From Gemmatimonadales bacterium (GTDB lineage: Bacteria > Gemmatimonadota > Gemmatimonadetes > Gemmatimonadales > GWC2-71-9), in assembly GCA_037189525.1 (NCBI GenBank), contig JBBCJC010000005.1, positions 864,001 through 928,000 on the forward strand: a DNA stretch of 64,000 nucleotides, written 5' to 3'. The notes below the pieces were generated by a model that saw nothing but the letters and a program-made list of their open reading frames with translations, was not told the origin of the DNA and did no database searches. Shown piece after piece: positions 17,940-27,643 of this stretch (positions are counted from its first letter, which is position 1; the number at the start of each line of letters is the position of its first letter). The position numbers were made by a program, and so were the translations under genes.

Positions 17940-19519
17940 GGAATCGCTTCCCGCTGCCCCGGCAACGTGGAGAGGCGAATCACGGGGGCATCGGCGCCGC
18001 GCCGCAAATCGCGATCGAGCAGGTTCCACTGCGCAAAGCCGTCCTCACCGGCCGGCTCCAGCAGGTACGCAGCGAAGACGCCCAGCCGCTGATCGGTCGG
18101 CACCACGTACGACCCCTCGAGCGCGTCCGCGCGCCCCGGTCGCCAGGCGCCGTGGACGCGCACCAAACGATGCCCCTCGAAGACGTTGGTGCCGACAGAC
18201 AGCGAGTCGACCCGGAAGAGTTCGGCCGGACCGGACCAGGCGGCGCGGAGGCGCTCGACGATGATCCCCTGCCTGCGCAGCAGCGTAACCAGGTGCGCGT
18301 GCTGCGGCGGCAGCAGATATCCCGCCCGGATCGGCTCCTTGACCACCGGCGCAAACCGAACGTAGACGGGCATCCGAACCGTTCGGAAGGTCCCGGTCCG
18401 GGTCCGCCGCGCAAACGGTCCCGCGCCCTGATCCGCCGCATGGGTGATCTCGGCGATCACATCCTCCATCACCGGCGGGGCGAAGGTGCTGGTCACGACC
18501 ACCGAATCGGGCCGGGCGCGGGCCGAGGCCGCGTTGAGGGATTTGATGGTGGTCCGTTCCGCCGCGACGTAGCGGAGGATCTCGAGCACGAAGTTGTAGG
18601 TCGCGCTGATCCGGGTGGCGAAGTCGGCGTTCGAATAGGCCTCACTCAGAATCGACATCCGGCCGCGGATCCCGAACCAGTTGGTGGCGTACCGGGCCTC
18701 GGCGCCGAAGGTCTGCCAGCCGCGCACCAGCGAGTCGGGGTGCTGATTGACGAAATTGCCGTACCAGTAAATTTCCTGCTTGTGCTTGGTCCGCATCCGG
18801 CTCCGGATCTCGGGCAGGAGGCGATCCCGGACGTAGTCGTTGGCCACCGACCCGTTGGCATTGTTCCCCGGTGAGTAGGTCAGCACATAGCCGTGGTAGC
18901 TGCCGTTGGTAGTGTGGAGATCCAGATAAACGTCGGGATCCCAGCGCTCCACCATCGCCAGCAGGGCCCGCGTCTCGGGGGCTTCCTGCTTGATGAGATC
19001 CCGATTGAGGTCGAGCCCCTGCCCGTTCGGACGGCGCCCGATGATGGCAGGGCCGTTCTGTCCTCGGCGATTCTGATCGCCGGGACCGAAGGATTCGTTG
19101 CCGTCGGTGTTGTAGACCGGCACCACCACCAGCACGAGGCTGTCCAGGAGGGGCTGGAGCGGCCCGACGGTGAGGTCCCGAAGGAGCATCAGGCTGGCCT
19201 CTTTGCCCTCGACCTCGCCGCCGTGAATGTTGGCCTGGACGTATACGATGGGCTTGCCGGATCGATGGGCTTCGGCGGCGTCGGTCACCAGCGGGCGGGA
19301 CGCGACGACGTAGGGGATCTCGCGCCCCTGCGACGTCCGGCCGAAGCTGGCGATCCGAATCAGCGGGGTCCTGCCGGCCAGGCTGTCGAGAAAGATGCGG
19401 ACGTCGGCGAGCGTGGAGGTTTCGCGAGTCGCGGTTCGCTCTGCCCGGGTGGACTGAGCTGCGGCGGGCGCTGCCAGCGTTCCCGCCAGCAGCAGCCCGA
19501 GTAAATAGCGCGTGATCAT
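17936..19519 (-). CDS. M14 family zinc carboxypeptidase
   Basis: IHGGEVEG, DLNRD and DLHTTNG motifs; signal peptide. Confidence 0.88.
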   Translation of the reverse strand: MITRYLLGLLLAGTLAAPAAAQSTRAERTATRETSTLADVRIFLDSLAGRTPLIRIASFGRTSQGREIPYVVASRPLVTDAAEAHRSGKPIVYVQANIHGGEVEGKEASLMLLRDLTVGPLQPLLDSLVLVVVPVYNTDGNESFGPGDQNRRGQNGPAIIGRRPNGQGLDLNRDLIKQEAPETRALLAMVERWDPDVYLDLHTTNGSYHGYVLTYSPGNNANGSVANDYVRDRLLPEIRSRMRTKHKQEIYWYGNFVNQHPDSLVRGWQTFGAEARYATNWFGIRGRMSILSEAYSNADFATRISATYNFVLEILRYVAAERTTIKSLNAASARARPDSVVVTSTFAPPVMEDVIAEITHAADQGAGPFARRTRTGTFRTVRMPVYVRFAPVVKEPIRAGYLLPPQHAHLVTLLRRQGIIVERLRAAWSGPAELFRVDSLSVGTNVFEGHRLVRVHGAWRPGRADALEGSYVVPTDQRLGVFAAYLLEPAGEDGFAQWNLLDRDLRRGADAPVIRLSTLPGQREAIP

Positions 19520-19546
19520 ACCCTCAAGATAGCGCCCGCTCGCCGC

Positions 19547-20998
19547 TCAGGCGGAAACCTGCCTCGGCCGCGAGAACCGCGAGACGATCGCGGCAACCGC
19601 GATGTTCACGAGAAGCGCCGCGAACCCGATGTTGAGGTCCTGAAACCACCCAGGTGCGGATGGCAGCAGCGACGCCACGCTCGCCTTGGTGAGGGAGGTC
19701 CAGGCCACCGTGATCTCGCCGGCAATAATCCCGGCAATGGCGCCGGTCCGGCTCAGCGGATTACGCGGCAGCAGCGAGCAGAGGAGCGACGGCGCCAGCT
19801 GGGTCACAAAAGCGTAGCCCATCAGCAGCAGCGCCACGATCGAGTCGCCGCCGCGGAAGGTGAACCATAGCGAGAGCGCCGCCACGACCGGCACCGCCAG
19901 CTTGGCAGCGCGCGCGACCTGGGGGTCGTCGGTCGACCGCTCGGGATAGAGCACGTTCTTGGCAAGGATGGTCGACGCCGACATCAGGATCATCGACCCG
20001 GGCACCAGCGCCGTCAACACGCCGGCAGCACCGATCACGCCGACGACCCAGGGGTCGAAGCTCAGCAAGCTGACCCGGAGGAGCGCCAGGTCCGCATCGG
20101 TCCCCGTGAGCCCCGGCACCGAGAGCAATGCGGCAAAGCCGACGAACATGACGAACAGCATGACCAGTTGGTAGAGCGGGAGCACGATGGCGTTCTTCCG
20201 AAACGCATCGGCGCCCTTGGCCGAAAAGATCGAGCCAAAGCTGTGCGGCCACATGTAGAAACCGATGGCCGTTAGTGCCACGGTGCTCATGAACCATGAG
20301 GCACTCTGGCCCCGCGCAGGCAGGGTGAGGAATCCGGGCCGCTGGGCTTCGATTGCTTCGAACATGGGCCCGATCCCGCCGTGGAGCTTGAACGGCAGGT
20401 AGAGACCGAGGAACACCGCCACGCCCAGAATCAGGATGTCTTTGACGACGGCCGTCCAGGCGGAGCCATGGATGCCCGACACCACGACATACAGGACGAC
20501 ACCGATGGCGCCGAGCCAGATCGCGACCGCGGGCGAAATGGTGCCGTAGGACGCTTCGCTGACGATGATGCCGAGCCCTTTGAACTGGAGCACCAGGTAG
20601 GGCACCATCGCCACGACGCCGACCAGCGCCACCAGGATACCGAGTGCCCGGCTACCGTACTTGTGACGGAAGAAGTCGGGCTGGGAGACCAGGCCGTGGT
20701 CGCGCGCGTATTGCCAGATGGGCGGCGCGAGCCAGTAGCTGGCGACGAAGGCCACGGCGCCGTACGCCAGAATGTAGAACGCCGGCGCGCCTCTGCCGTA
20801 GGCCCAGCCCGAGGCGCCCAGAAAGGTGAACGTCGTGTAGATCTCGCCGGCCATGAGCAGGAACATCAGCCAGGCCCCGAAACTCCGCCCGGCGACGGCC
20901 CACTCCGACAGGTTCATCTGCTTGCCGCCGCGTGCGCGCACGCCGAGGCCGAGCGCAAAGAGAAAGACGCCCGCGATAATGACCAGTGCGGCGTTCAT
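19547..20998 (-). CDS. Sodium:solute symporter family permease (MctP/YhjB-like)
   Basis: Polytopic; AGEIYTTFTFLGASGWAY; ATGA overlap with the upstream small membrane gene. Confidence 0.88.
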   Translation of the reverse strand: MNAALVIIAGVFLFALGLGVRARGGKQMNLSEWAVAGRSFGAWLMFLLMAGEIYTTFTFLGASGWAYGRGAPAFYILAYGAVAFVASYWLAPPIWQYARDHGLVSQPDFFRHKYGSRALGILVALVGVVAMVPYLVLQFKGLGIIVSEASYGTISPAVAIWLGAIGVVLYVVVSGIHGSAWTAVVKDILILGVAVFLGLYLPFKLHGGIGPMFEAIEAQRPGFLTLPARGQSASWFMSTVALTAIGFYMWPHSFGSIFSAKGADAFRKNAIVLPLYQLVMLFVMFVGFAALLSVPGLTGTDADLALLRVSLLSFDPWVVGVIGAAGVLTALVPGSMILMSASTILAKNVLYPERSTDDPQVARAAKLAVPVVAALSLWFTFRGGDSIVALLLMGYAFVTQLAPSLLCSLLPRNPLSRTGAIAGIIAGEITVAWTSLTKASVASLLPSAPGWFQDLNIGFAALLVNIAVAAIVSRFSRPRQVSA

Positions 20999-21186
20999 GC
21001 CGATGGCGGCCTGTGATCGAGGTGATAGACGAACCACATGACGAGACTGGTCGCCACCACCCATCCGGCGATCCAGACCAGCAGAAACGGCAAGCCGAGC
21101 ACCATCGGCTCGACGCGGTTGGCCACCCACCCGCTCGCGAGGAGCGCGGTGGGCGGCAGCAGGGCCAGCAGATGGCGGGCCTTCAC
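20995..21186 (-). CDS. DUF3311-like small membrane subunit
   Basis: NRVEPMVLGLPFLLVW; typical partner of this symporter type. Confidence 0.8.
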   Translation of the reverse strand: MKARHLLALLPPTALLASGWVANRVEPMVLGLPFLLVWIAGWVVATSLVMWFVYHLDHRPPSA

Positions 21187-21190
21187 GCGG

Positions 21191-22375
21191 TTATCGCTTG
21201 GTCCCGAGCACGTCGAGCGCGACGGCCACGAAGAGGCGGAGCGACTGATCGAGACTCTTCTCGTCGATGTCGAACTTTGGATGATGATGCGGCTCGACGA
21301 TCCGGCGCGATGCGTTGCGCGCCCCGGTAAAGAAGAAGGTCCCCGGCGCCTTTTCCATGAAGGCCGAGAAATCTTCGCCGCCCATGTTGGGCGCGAGGGT
21401 CACGACCCGGTCTTCGCCAAACAGCTCACGGGCCAGCGCGGCCACTCGCTGCGTGACCTCCGCGTTGTTGACGACCGGACGGTAGCCGTTCTGATAGGCA
21501 AACTCGTACTGCGCCCCGTGCGCTTCCGTGATGCCTTTGATGATCCGCTCCATCACCTGCGGAATCTCGGCGCGGAGTGCCTTGTCGAAGGTCCGGACCG
21601 TGCCACACAGCTTGGCTTCTTCCGGAATCACGTTGTGGATGCTGCCGGCGTTGAACTGGGTCACGCTGAGCACCGCCGGCTCGATCGGGTCGACCGTCCG
21701 GGACACCACCGTCTGCAGCGCCAACACTACCTGCGCAGCAACCACGACAGGGTCGATCGACTTGTTGGGTTGCGCAGCGTGGCCGCCTTTGCCGCGCACC
21801 GTGATCCAGAACGTATCGGGCGCCGCCATCATGGGGCCTTCCCGGACCCCGATCAGCCCCTCGTCGAGGAGCGACCAGACGTGCTGGCCGACGACCAGGT
21901 CGACCCCATCCATGACGCCGGCGTCGACCATGGCCTGGGCGCCGCCGGGCAGGACCTCTTCGGCGTGCTGGAAGATGAAGCGCAGTTCGCCCGAGAGCTC
22001 GTCGCGGCGATCGAGCAGGATCCTGGCGACGCCCAGCAGGACGGCCGTGTGCCCGTCATGGCCGCAGGCGTGCATGACGCCCGGCACGGTCGAGACGAAG
22101 TCATGATCGTTTTCTTCGTGGATCGGCAGCGCATCCATGTCGGCGCGGAACGCCAGGGTCGGACCCGGGCGGCCGGTGACCAGACGGGCCAGGACGCTCG
22201 TCTCGGTCGGACGGGTCACGATCAGGTCGCTGAAACCGACCAGGGTCTCGTACACGAACCGGGACGTTTCGGTTTCCTGGAAGGAAAGCTCGGGGTGACG
22301 ATGCAGGTGGCGCCGCCAGGCAATGACCTGGTCGCGCAATGCATCGGCGACAGTGGCAAGGGTCGAGTTGGTCAT
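21191..22375 (-). CDS. M20D family amidohydrolase
   Basis: RRHLHRHPELSFQE, RADMDAL, MHACGHDGH, QHAEE, GGEDF. Confidence 0.92.
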   Translation of the reverse strand: MTNSTLATVADALRDQVIAWRRHLHRHPELSFQETETSRFVYETLVGFSDLIVTRPTETSVLARLVTGRPGPTLAFRADMDALPIHEENDHDFVSTVPGVMHACGHDGHTAVLLGVARILLDRRDELSGELRFIFQHAEEVLPGGAQAMVDAGVMDGVDLVVGQHVWSLLDEGLIGVREGPMMAAPDTFWITVRGKGGHAAQPNKSIDPVVVAAQVVLALQTVVSRTVDPIEPAVLSVTQFNAGSIHNVIPEEAKLCGTVRTFDKALRAEIPQVMERIIKGITEAHGAQYEFAYQNGYRPVVNNAEVTQRVAALARELFGEDRVVTLAPNMGGEDFSAFMEKAPGTFFFTGARNASRRIVEPHHHPKFDIDEKSLDQSLRLFVAVALDVLGTKR

Positions 22376-22519
22376 CAGAAGTTTCCGGACGAAGGGAGAG
22401 AAGTCCGAAGGGTAGCCCGACCGGATGCCCGGCGCCAGCGGGGCGGCGGTTATCTTGTCCGACGTGCGGCGAACTCGCGTCGCGTGGAAGGTCTCACCCG
22501 TCAATCCGAGAGCCGTTTG

Positions 22520-22987
22520 ATGCGAATTCCGATTGCCGTTTTTACAGCCGCGATCCTCACCGCTGCGTGCGCCAAGGAGGGCGAACCACCCATGACGACG
22601 TCCATCGAATCGACCACCTTTGCCCCGGCATTGCAGGTCGACCTGAGCCAGGCCACCAAGACGCCCTCCGGGCTCTACTATCGGGACCTGGTGGCCGGCG
22701 ACGGCCCGGAGATCCGGCCCGGGCAGACCGTGGCGGTCCACTACGCCGGCTTCCTGACGGACGGAACGCCGTTCGACTCCAATCAGCCCGGTAAAGAGCC
22801 GTTCACGTTTCAGCCGGGAACCGGCCAGGTGATCGCAGGGTGGGACGAAGGGGTCGTCGGGATGCGGGTCGGGGGCAAGCGCCAGCTGATCCTGCCCCCC
22901 GATCTGGGATACGGGGCCCGCGGTATCGGTCCGATTCCAGGCAATGCGATCCTCGTCTTCACGGTCGACGCGGTCGCCATCCGCTAA
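22520..22987 (+). CDS. FKBP-type peptidyl-prolyl isomerase (lipoprotein)
   Basis: VHYAG, FDSN, VIAGWDEG, LGYG; lipobox. Confidence 0.92.
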   Translation: MRIPIAVFTAAILTAACAKEGEPPMTTSIESTTFAPALQVDLSQATKTPSGLYYRDLVAGDGPEIRPGQTVAVHYAGFLTDGTPFDSNQPGKEPFTFQPGTGQVIAGWDEGVVGMRVGGKRQLILPPDLGYGARGIGPIPGNAILVFTVDAVAIR

Positions 22988-22996
22988 GGGCGCCTG

Positions 22997-24262
22997 CTAC
23001 GGAAGGGTAGCGCGCGCCGCCGGAATCGAGTCCCACCGGCTCCATCCCGTCGGCGCGCGCACGATCCTCACCCCAGGACGACCGTCCAGTTCGAGACGCG
23101 TCACGTCGGTTCGATAGCCGTGCCGCACTCGCTCCGCATACCGGTCGCCGGTCAAGTTGGCAAACCGCCGGGCCGAGGTCGAGTCGTCCCAGACGCTGTA
23201 GATAACGAGGGCCGGGCCTGCCGCCGAGCGATAGACGCGGAATCGATCTCCGGCCCAACCCATCGGCAGATGATCGAGCACCTCTCCCCCGCCCCGTAAT
23301 TCCGCCGCCCAGATCTGCAGTTCGAGTTCACCCATGGTGTCCTCGTGCATCACGGCGTGGCCGGACGGGGTGGCGCTGTCGCCCGACGCCGGCTCGACGA
23401 ATGCCACCGTGACGGGCTGATCGGCGTTGAGATACTTGATCGGATGGAGCACCTGTTCGGTCGACTGCGGCAACTCTTCGAGCGTGGGCAGTGAAGCTTT
23501 GCCCGGCTGCGTTCCCCACCACCGCATGAACTCGGCGCCACCCAGGTACGGAAAGATCAGGCCTTCCCGCAGCACCAGGGGCGCGGCGCGAAACACGGGC
23601 ATACTGGATTGGGACGAACGAACCTGCTCCCGATACTGCTGCCAAAATCCGGGATTCGCGAGCAGGCCCTCGACACCACCGGCCGCATCGGCCTGACTCG
23701 CGAGTATCACGCCGAGCATGGCCAGGGTCGCGTGCCCCTCGAGCACGGCCTGCGCAGCCGCCTGGCGATCCGAGTTGGCGGAGTTCTTGAGCAGCCGGTC
23801 GAGCGGCAAGCGTTCGTGCTGCAGCGCATGGACGAGTTCGTGCGCCAGCACGAGCCGCAGCTGATCCGCCTTGGCGCCTTCGACCGCATACAACGTGGTG
23901 GAATCCGGATCGTAGTAGCCCGCCACCTGCTCCGCATAGAGCGGCAGGAGGGCATCCCGAATCCTGAGCGTATCGGGAATCAGTTCGAGCAGGCGATAGG
24001 CCGCCTCGATGCCCTCGGTTTTCGACTCGGGCATTTCCTGATCGAGTTTCGCCAGCAGGAAGGCCTGCACCTGGGCCTTGGTGCGGATGGCGAACTTGGG
24101 TTCGCTCGTGAAGGTGAACCCGACCGCCTTCTCGACGTGCGGCACCAGGCTGTCGACCAGCGCGGCAAGCGCTTCCGCATCCGGCGTGGCATCGGAGGAA
24201 CGGCCCCGGCACCCACCCAGGGTCACAGCAGCCAACAGCGACACAACGAGATAACGACGCAT
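22997..24262 (-). CDS. Putative zincin metallopeptidase lipoprotein
   Basis: Lipobox LGGC; AGYYDP, LAHELVHALQ, EGHATL, FPY..G, STEQVLHP. Confidence 0.7.
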   Translation of the reverse strand: MRRYLVVSLLAAVTLGGCRGRSSDATPDAEALAALVDSLVPHVEKAVGFTFTSEPKFAIRTKAQVQAFLLAKLDQEMPESKTEGIEAAYRLLELIPDTLRIRDALLPLYAEQVAGYYDPDSTTLYAVEGAKADQLRLVLAHELVHALQHERLPLDRLLKNSANSDRQAAAQAVLEGHATLAMLGVILASQADAAGGVEGLLANPGFWQQYREQVRSSQSSMPVFRAAPLVLREGLIFPYLGGAEFMRWWGTQPGKASLPTLEELPQSTEQVLHPIKYLNADQPVTVAFVEPASGDSATPSGHAVMHEDTMGELELQIWAAELRGGGEVLDHLPMGWAGDRFRVYRSAAGPALVIYSVWDDSTSARRFANLTGDRYAERVRHGYRTDVTRLELDGRPGVRIVRAPTGWSRWDSIPAARATLP

Positions 24263-25035
24263 CAGACCACTCCGATGAAACCCTTGTACCAGTCGATCAC
24301 CGCCGGGCCGACCAGATAGGTCACGGCGGCCCCCAGGGCGAGAAAGACGCCGAAGGGTACCAGTTTCTTTTTCCCCATGATGGCGGGCGGCAGAAAAATC
24401 AGAATACCGACCAGCGCGCCCATGAAGATGGTGAGCAAGACACCTTGCCAGCCGAGGAAGGCGCCGACCATCGCCATCATCTTGATGTCGCCGCCGCCCA
24501 TGGCTTCCTGCCTGAACAGCCAGGTACCGGCAATCCCCACCGCCCAGAGCAACCCGAATCCGACCGCCGCACCCAGCGCTGCCGTCACGAGTTGACCGAC
24601 ACCGCCCGTCGCTGCAAAGAGCAGGCCGATGACCAGCCCGCCCCAGGTGAACTCGTCGGGAATGATGTACTCACGGGCGTCGGTCGCGGCGATGCCCAAC
24701 AAGATCGTCAGGAAGATGGCGCCCTCGAGCGCGTCCAGCGACAAGCCGTGGCGCCACCCCATCCAGGCCCAGATCAACGCGGTCGCCAGCTCGATCAGCG
24801 GATACAGGGGGCTGATCGGCTCGGCACAGTTGCAGCACTTGCCGCGCAGCCAGAGCCAGGCCAGCACGGGCACATTGTCGTACCAGGCCAGCTGATTTCC
24901 GCAGCGCGGGCAGCGGGACCGGGGACGCACGACCGACTGCTCGGCCGGCCAGCGCACGATGCAGACATTGAGAAAACTGCCGACCAGCGCCCCGAACAGG
25001 CCCGCGATCAGCGCCGCGATTCCGCTATCGGTCAC
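24262..25035 (-). CDS. pilD: Prepilin peptidase (A24)
   Basis: GSFLNVCIVRWP, CPRC, MGGGDIK, PFGVFL. Confidence 0.92.
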   Translation of the reverse strand: MTDSGIAALIAGLFGALVGSFLNVCIVRWPAEQSVVRPRSRCPRCGNQLAWYDNVPVLAWLWLRGKCCNCAEPISPLYPLIELATALIWAWMGWRHGLSLDALEGAIFLTILLGIAATDAREYIIPDEFTWGGLVIGLLFAATGGVGQLVTAALGAAVGFGLLWAVGIAGTWLFRQEAMGGGDIKMMAMVGAFLGWQGVLLTIFMGALVGILIFLPPAIMGKKKLVPFGVFLALGAAVTYLVGPAVIDWYKGFIGVV

Positions 25036-25795
25036 GGGTTGCTCCGTAGAGAAAGATCCCCGCCGCCACCGCGACATTGAGCGACTCGGCGCCGGGGTCG
25101 AGCGGGATGGCGAGGCGGAGACCCGCCTCACGCGCCAGATTCGACTGGACACCGCCCCCTTCGTTGCCGAGCACGAATGCCACGCGGTCGGGGAGGGTCG
25201 CAGCGTCGAACGGGGTGCCGTCTGCCGCCGTCGCCGCCACGGTTATGCCGTGCTCGGCCAGCCACGCCGAGGCCGCGGATTCATCGACCACGACGATCGG
25301 GACGCGAAACCCCGCGCCCATCGAGGCTCGCAGCGTCTTCGGATTGGTCCACTCGGCGGTACCGGGTAGCGCCACCACGGCGGTGGCGCCGAACGCGAGC
25401 GCGGTGCGCATGATGGTGCCGACATTGCCGGGGTCCTGGAGCCCATCGAGAATCACCAGCACGGCGCGCGCACCTACCGTGATTCGATCCAGCGTCCAGG
25501 CCGGAGGGGTGACCACCGCCAGCACACCTTGAGGATGATCGGTGGCCGCCAGATCGGCGAGCGCGTCATCGGAGACCTCGGTAACGCCGACCGGCGCCGC
25601 CAGCAGCGCCCGTTTGAGGGCGCGCCCTCGTTCGGTACTTTCCAGCGTGGGGCTGATCACGACGGCGCGACAGGGAACGTGCGCTGCCAACGCCTCTTCG
25701 ACGAGGCGGACCCCTTCGGCAATGGCCAGACGCCGGCGCTCCCGCCCTCGTCGCCGGTGGAGATCCCGAATCATTGTTTGGAGCGCGTGTCCCAT
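25025..25795 (-). CDS. TrmH family RNA methyltransferase
   Basis: QDPGNVGTIMR, LGNEGGG, ESLNVAVA. Confidence 0.92.
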   Translation of the reverse strand: MGHALQTMIRDLHRRRGRERRRLAIAEGVRLVEEALAAHVPCRAVVISPTLESTERGRALKRALLAAPVGVTEVSDDALADLAATDHPQGVLAVVTPPAWTLDRITVGARAVLVILDGLQDPGNVGTIMRTALAFGATAVVALPGTAEWTNPKTLRASMGAGFRVPIVVVDESAASAWLAEHGITVAATAADGTPFDAATLPDRVAFVLGNEGGGVQSNLAREAGLRLAIPLDPGAESLNVAVAAGIFLYGATRDR

Positions 25796-26636
25796 GCTTC
25801 CCATAGCGCTGACGATTGCAGGATCGGATTCGGGCGGCGGTGCCGGAATCCAGGCAGACCTGAAGACATTCCATCAGTTCGGCGTCTACGGCACGACGGC
25901 CATCGTCGCGCTCACTGCGCAGAATACGCGCGGCGTCACCGCGGTGCATCCGGTTCCGGCCGAGATGGTCGACGCCCAACTGCTTGCGCTGGCCGAGGAT
26001 CTGCCCCCGGACGCGGTCAAGACCGGGATGCTCGCCACAGCGCCCTTGGTCCGTCAAGTGGCGCGAGCCCTCGAGCGGTTCGGGTGGAGCCGGTACGTCC
26101 TGGACCCCGTCATGGTTGCCACCTCGGGCGACCGGCTGCTCGATCGGGATGCCGAGGCCGACATTCTCGCGAGATTGGTGCCGCGGGCGCTGCTGGTGAC
26201 CCCCAATCTCGACGAGGCGGCCATCCTGGCCGGGATCCCGGTAACCGATCCGGCCTCGATGATTGCCGCCGGGCGGGTTCTGCTGACCCACGGGGCGCGG
26301 GGTGCCCTGATCAAGGGCGGCCACCTGCCCGGCGACACGCTGGTGGATATCCTGGTTACCGAGGCGGGGGTCTTTCAATTCGAGCACCCGAAGCTGGCCA
26401 CCACCTCGACCCACGGCACCGGGTGCACGCTGTCAGCGGCGCTGGCGGCAGGGCTGGCCCGCTGGGCCGCCGGGCGCGCGGCGGCGGACGTGCCTCAGTT
26501 TTCCGAGCTGGTTCCGATCGTGCAAGATGCCCTGGACTTCCTGCAACGCGCCATCGGATCTGCCCCCGGGCTCGGGAGCGGGCACGGTCCGGTCGACCAC
26601 TGGACCGTGCCCGCCTCCGCCGGGCACAAGCGCTGA
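25794..26636 (+). CDS. thiD: Hydroxymethylpyrimidine/phosphomethylpyrimidine kinase
   Basis: [20 protein letters not shown] and THGTGCT. Confidence 0.95.
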   Translation: MLPIALTIAGSDSGGGAGIQADLKTFHQFGVYGTTAIVALTAQNTRGVTAVHPVPAEMVDAQLLALAEDLPPDAVKTGMLATAPLVRQVARALERFGWSRYVLDPVMVATSGDRLLDRDAEADILARLVPRALLVTPNLDEAAILAGIPVTDPASMIAAGRVLLTHGARGALIKGGHLPGDTLVDILVTEAGVFQFEHPKLATTSTHGTGCTLSAALAAGLARWAAGRAAADVPQFSELVPIVQDALDFLQRAIGSAPGLGSGHGPVDHWTVPASAGHKR

Positions 26637-26655
26637 TGCGCCCGGCCCGCGATCG

Positions 26656-27546
26656 CTACGTGCGCGGGATGCCCTCCCCTTCCGGCTCCTTCCGCATGGC
26701 CGCGCGGAGCATGGTGATTGCCGCGTAGAGCACCACCACCATCACGAGCCACCGCAGCGCAACCAGCGGCAACGACTTGACGATGAAGGCTGCCAGCAAC
26801 ACCGCCGGCAGACCGCCGATGGTCAGGCCGAGTGCCGCCCGAAGATCATAGCGGCCGGCCCGGATGAACCGCATACTGGCAATCGGCATCAGGAAGGCGC
26901 AGGATCCCATCATGATCGGGAAGGCCGCAATCGGGTTCATGCCGAGCAAGCTGATCATGATCAGGCAAGGGGCAAAGAGCCCGATGCCCAAGGTCATCAG
27001 CGCACCAAGCAGGAAGTTGCCGGCGATCCCGATGCCGAGCAAGGTGCCGCGCAACGCCAGTTCCTCGCCGCCCTGGGGGCCTATGTTCATGTTGCGCATG
27101 AAGAACAGCAGCGCCGCGGCGAGCAGCGCGGTCCCCATGCCCCACTGGATCCGGCGGCGCGACCACCGCGCGACGAAACCCGCGCCGATCCACGACCCGA
27201 GAACAGCCGCGATAATCAACACCAGCATCGTCACGAACTCGACCTCGACGATCTGGATGTAGATCAGCGCCTGAGTAATGGCCGCCAGGGAGTGCCCGAC
27301 GTTGAGGGTACCCGGAATCTGCTCGTCGGACACCGACCGGCTGAACTTGAACCAGGCGGTGGTCGGGGCAAAGGAGCCGATCCCGAGGGTATCGAAGAAC
27401 GCCGTCACCAAGCCGATCAGGACCTGCTTCGCAGCCGGGAGCGTGACCTTGCCATGGGTGCGCCGGACCGCGGTGATCCAATAGGCAATGAACCCGATGG
27501 TCACCAGGACGAGCAGCAGCAACAGGACGTTCTTCGGATCGGCCAT
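26656..27546 (-). CDS. TauE/SafE (TSUP) family membrane protein, copy 1
   Basis: Polytopic; FFDTLGIGSFAPTT and PIMMGSCAFLMP. Confidence 0.8.
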   Translation of the reverse strand: MADPKNVLLLLLVLVTIGFIAYWITAVRRTHGKVTLPAAKQVLIGLVTAFFDTLGIGSFAPTTAWFKFSRSVSDEQIPGTLNVGHSLAAITQALIYIQIVEVEFVTMLVLIIAAVLGSWIGAGFVARWSRRRIQWGMGTALLAAALLFFMRNMNIGPQGGEELALRGTLLGIGIAGNFLLGALMTLGIGLFAPCLIMISLLGMNPIAAFPIMMGSCAFLMPIASMRFIRAGRYDLRAALGLTIGGLPAVLLAAFIVKSLPLVALRWLVMVVVLYAAITMLRAAMRKEPEGEGIPRT

Positions 27547-27643
27547 CGCCTTCGATGCCTCGCAGGAGGGGTGACGGAGTTGAGTACGGTGCAACGATCA
27601 GACGCCGGCTAGAGACACCGCCGCCGGCCGAGCGGGGCCCCTC

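Noticed and set aside
21038..22519. Apparent long N-terminal extensions (649-aa FKBP ORF; also 41783-43195, 10188-11390, 4985-6352)
   Set aside because: The upstream parts overlap real genes in other frames; the true starts are internal, so these are not fusions.
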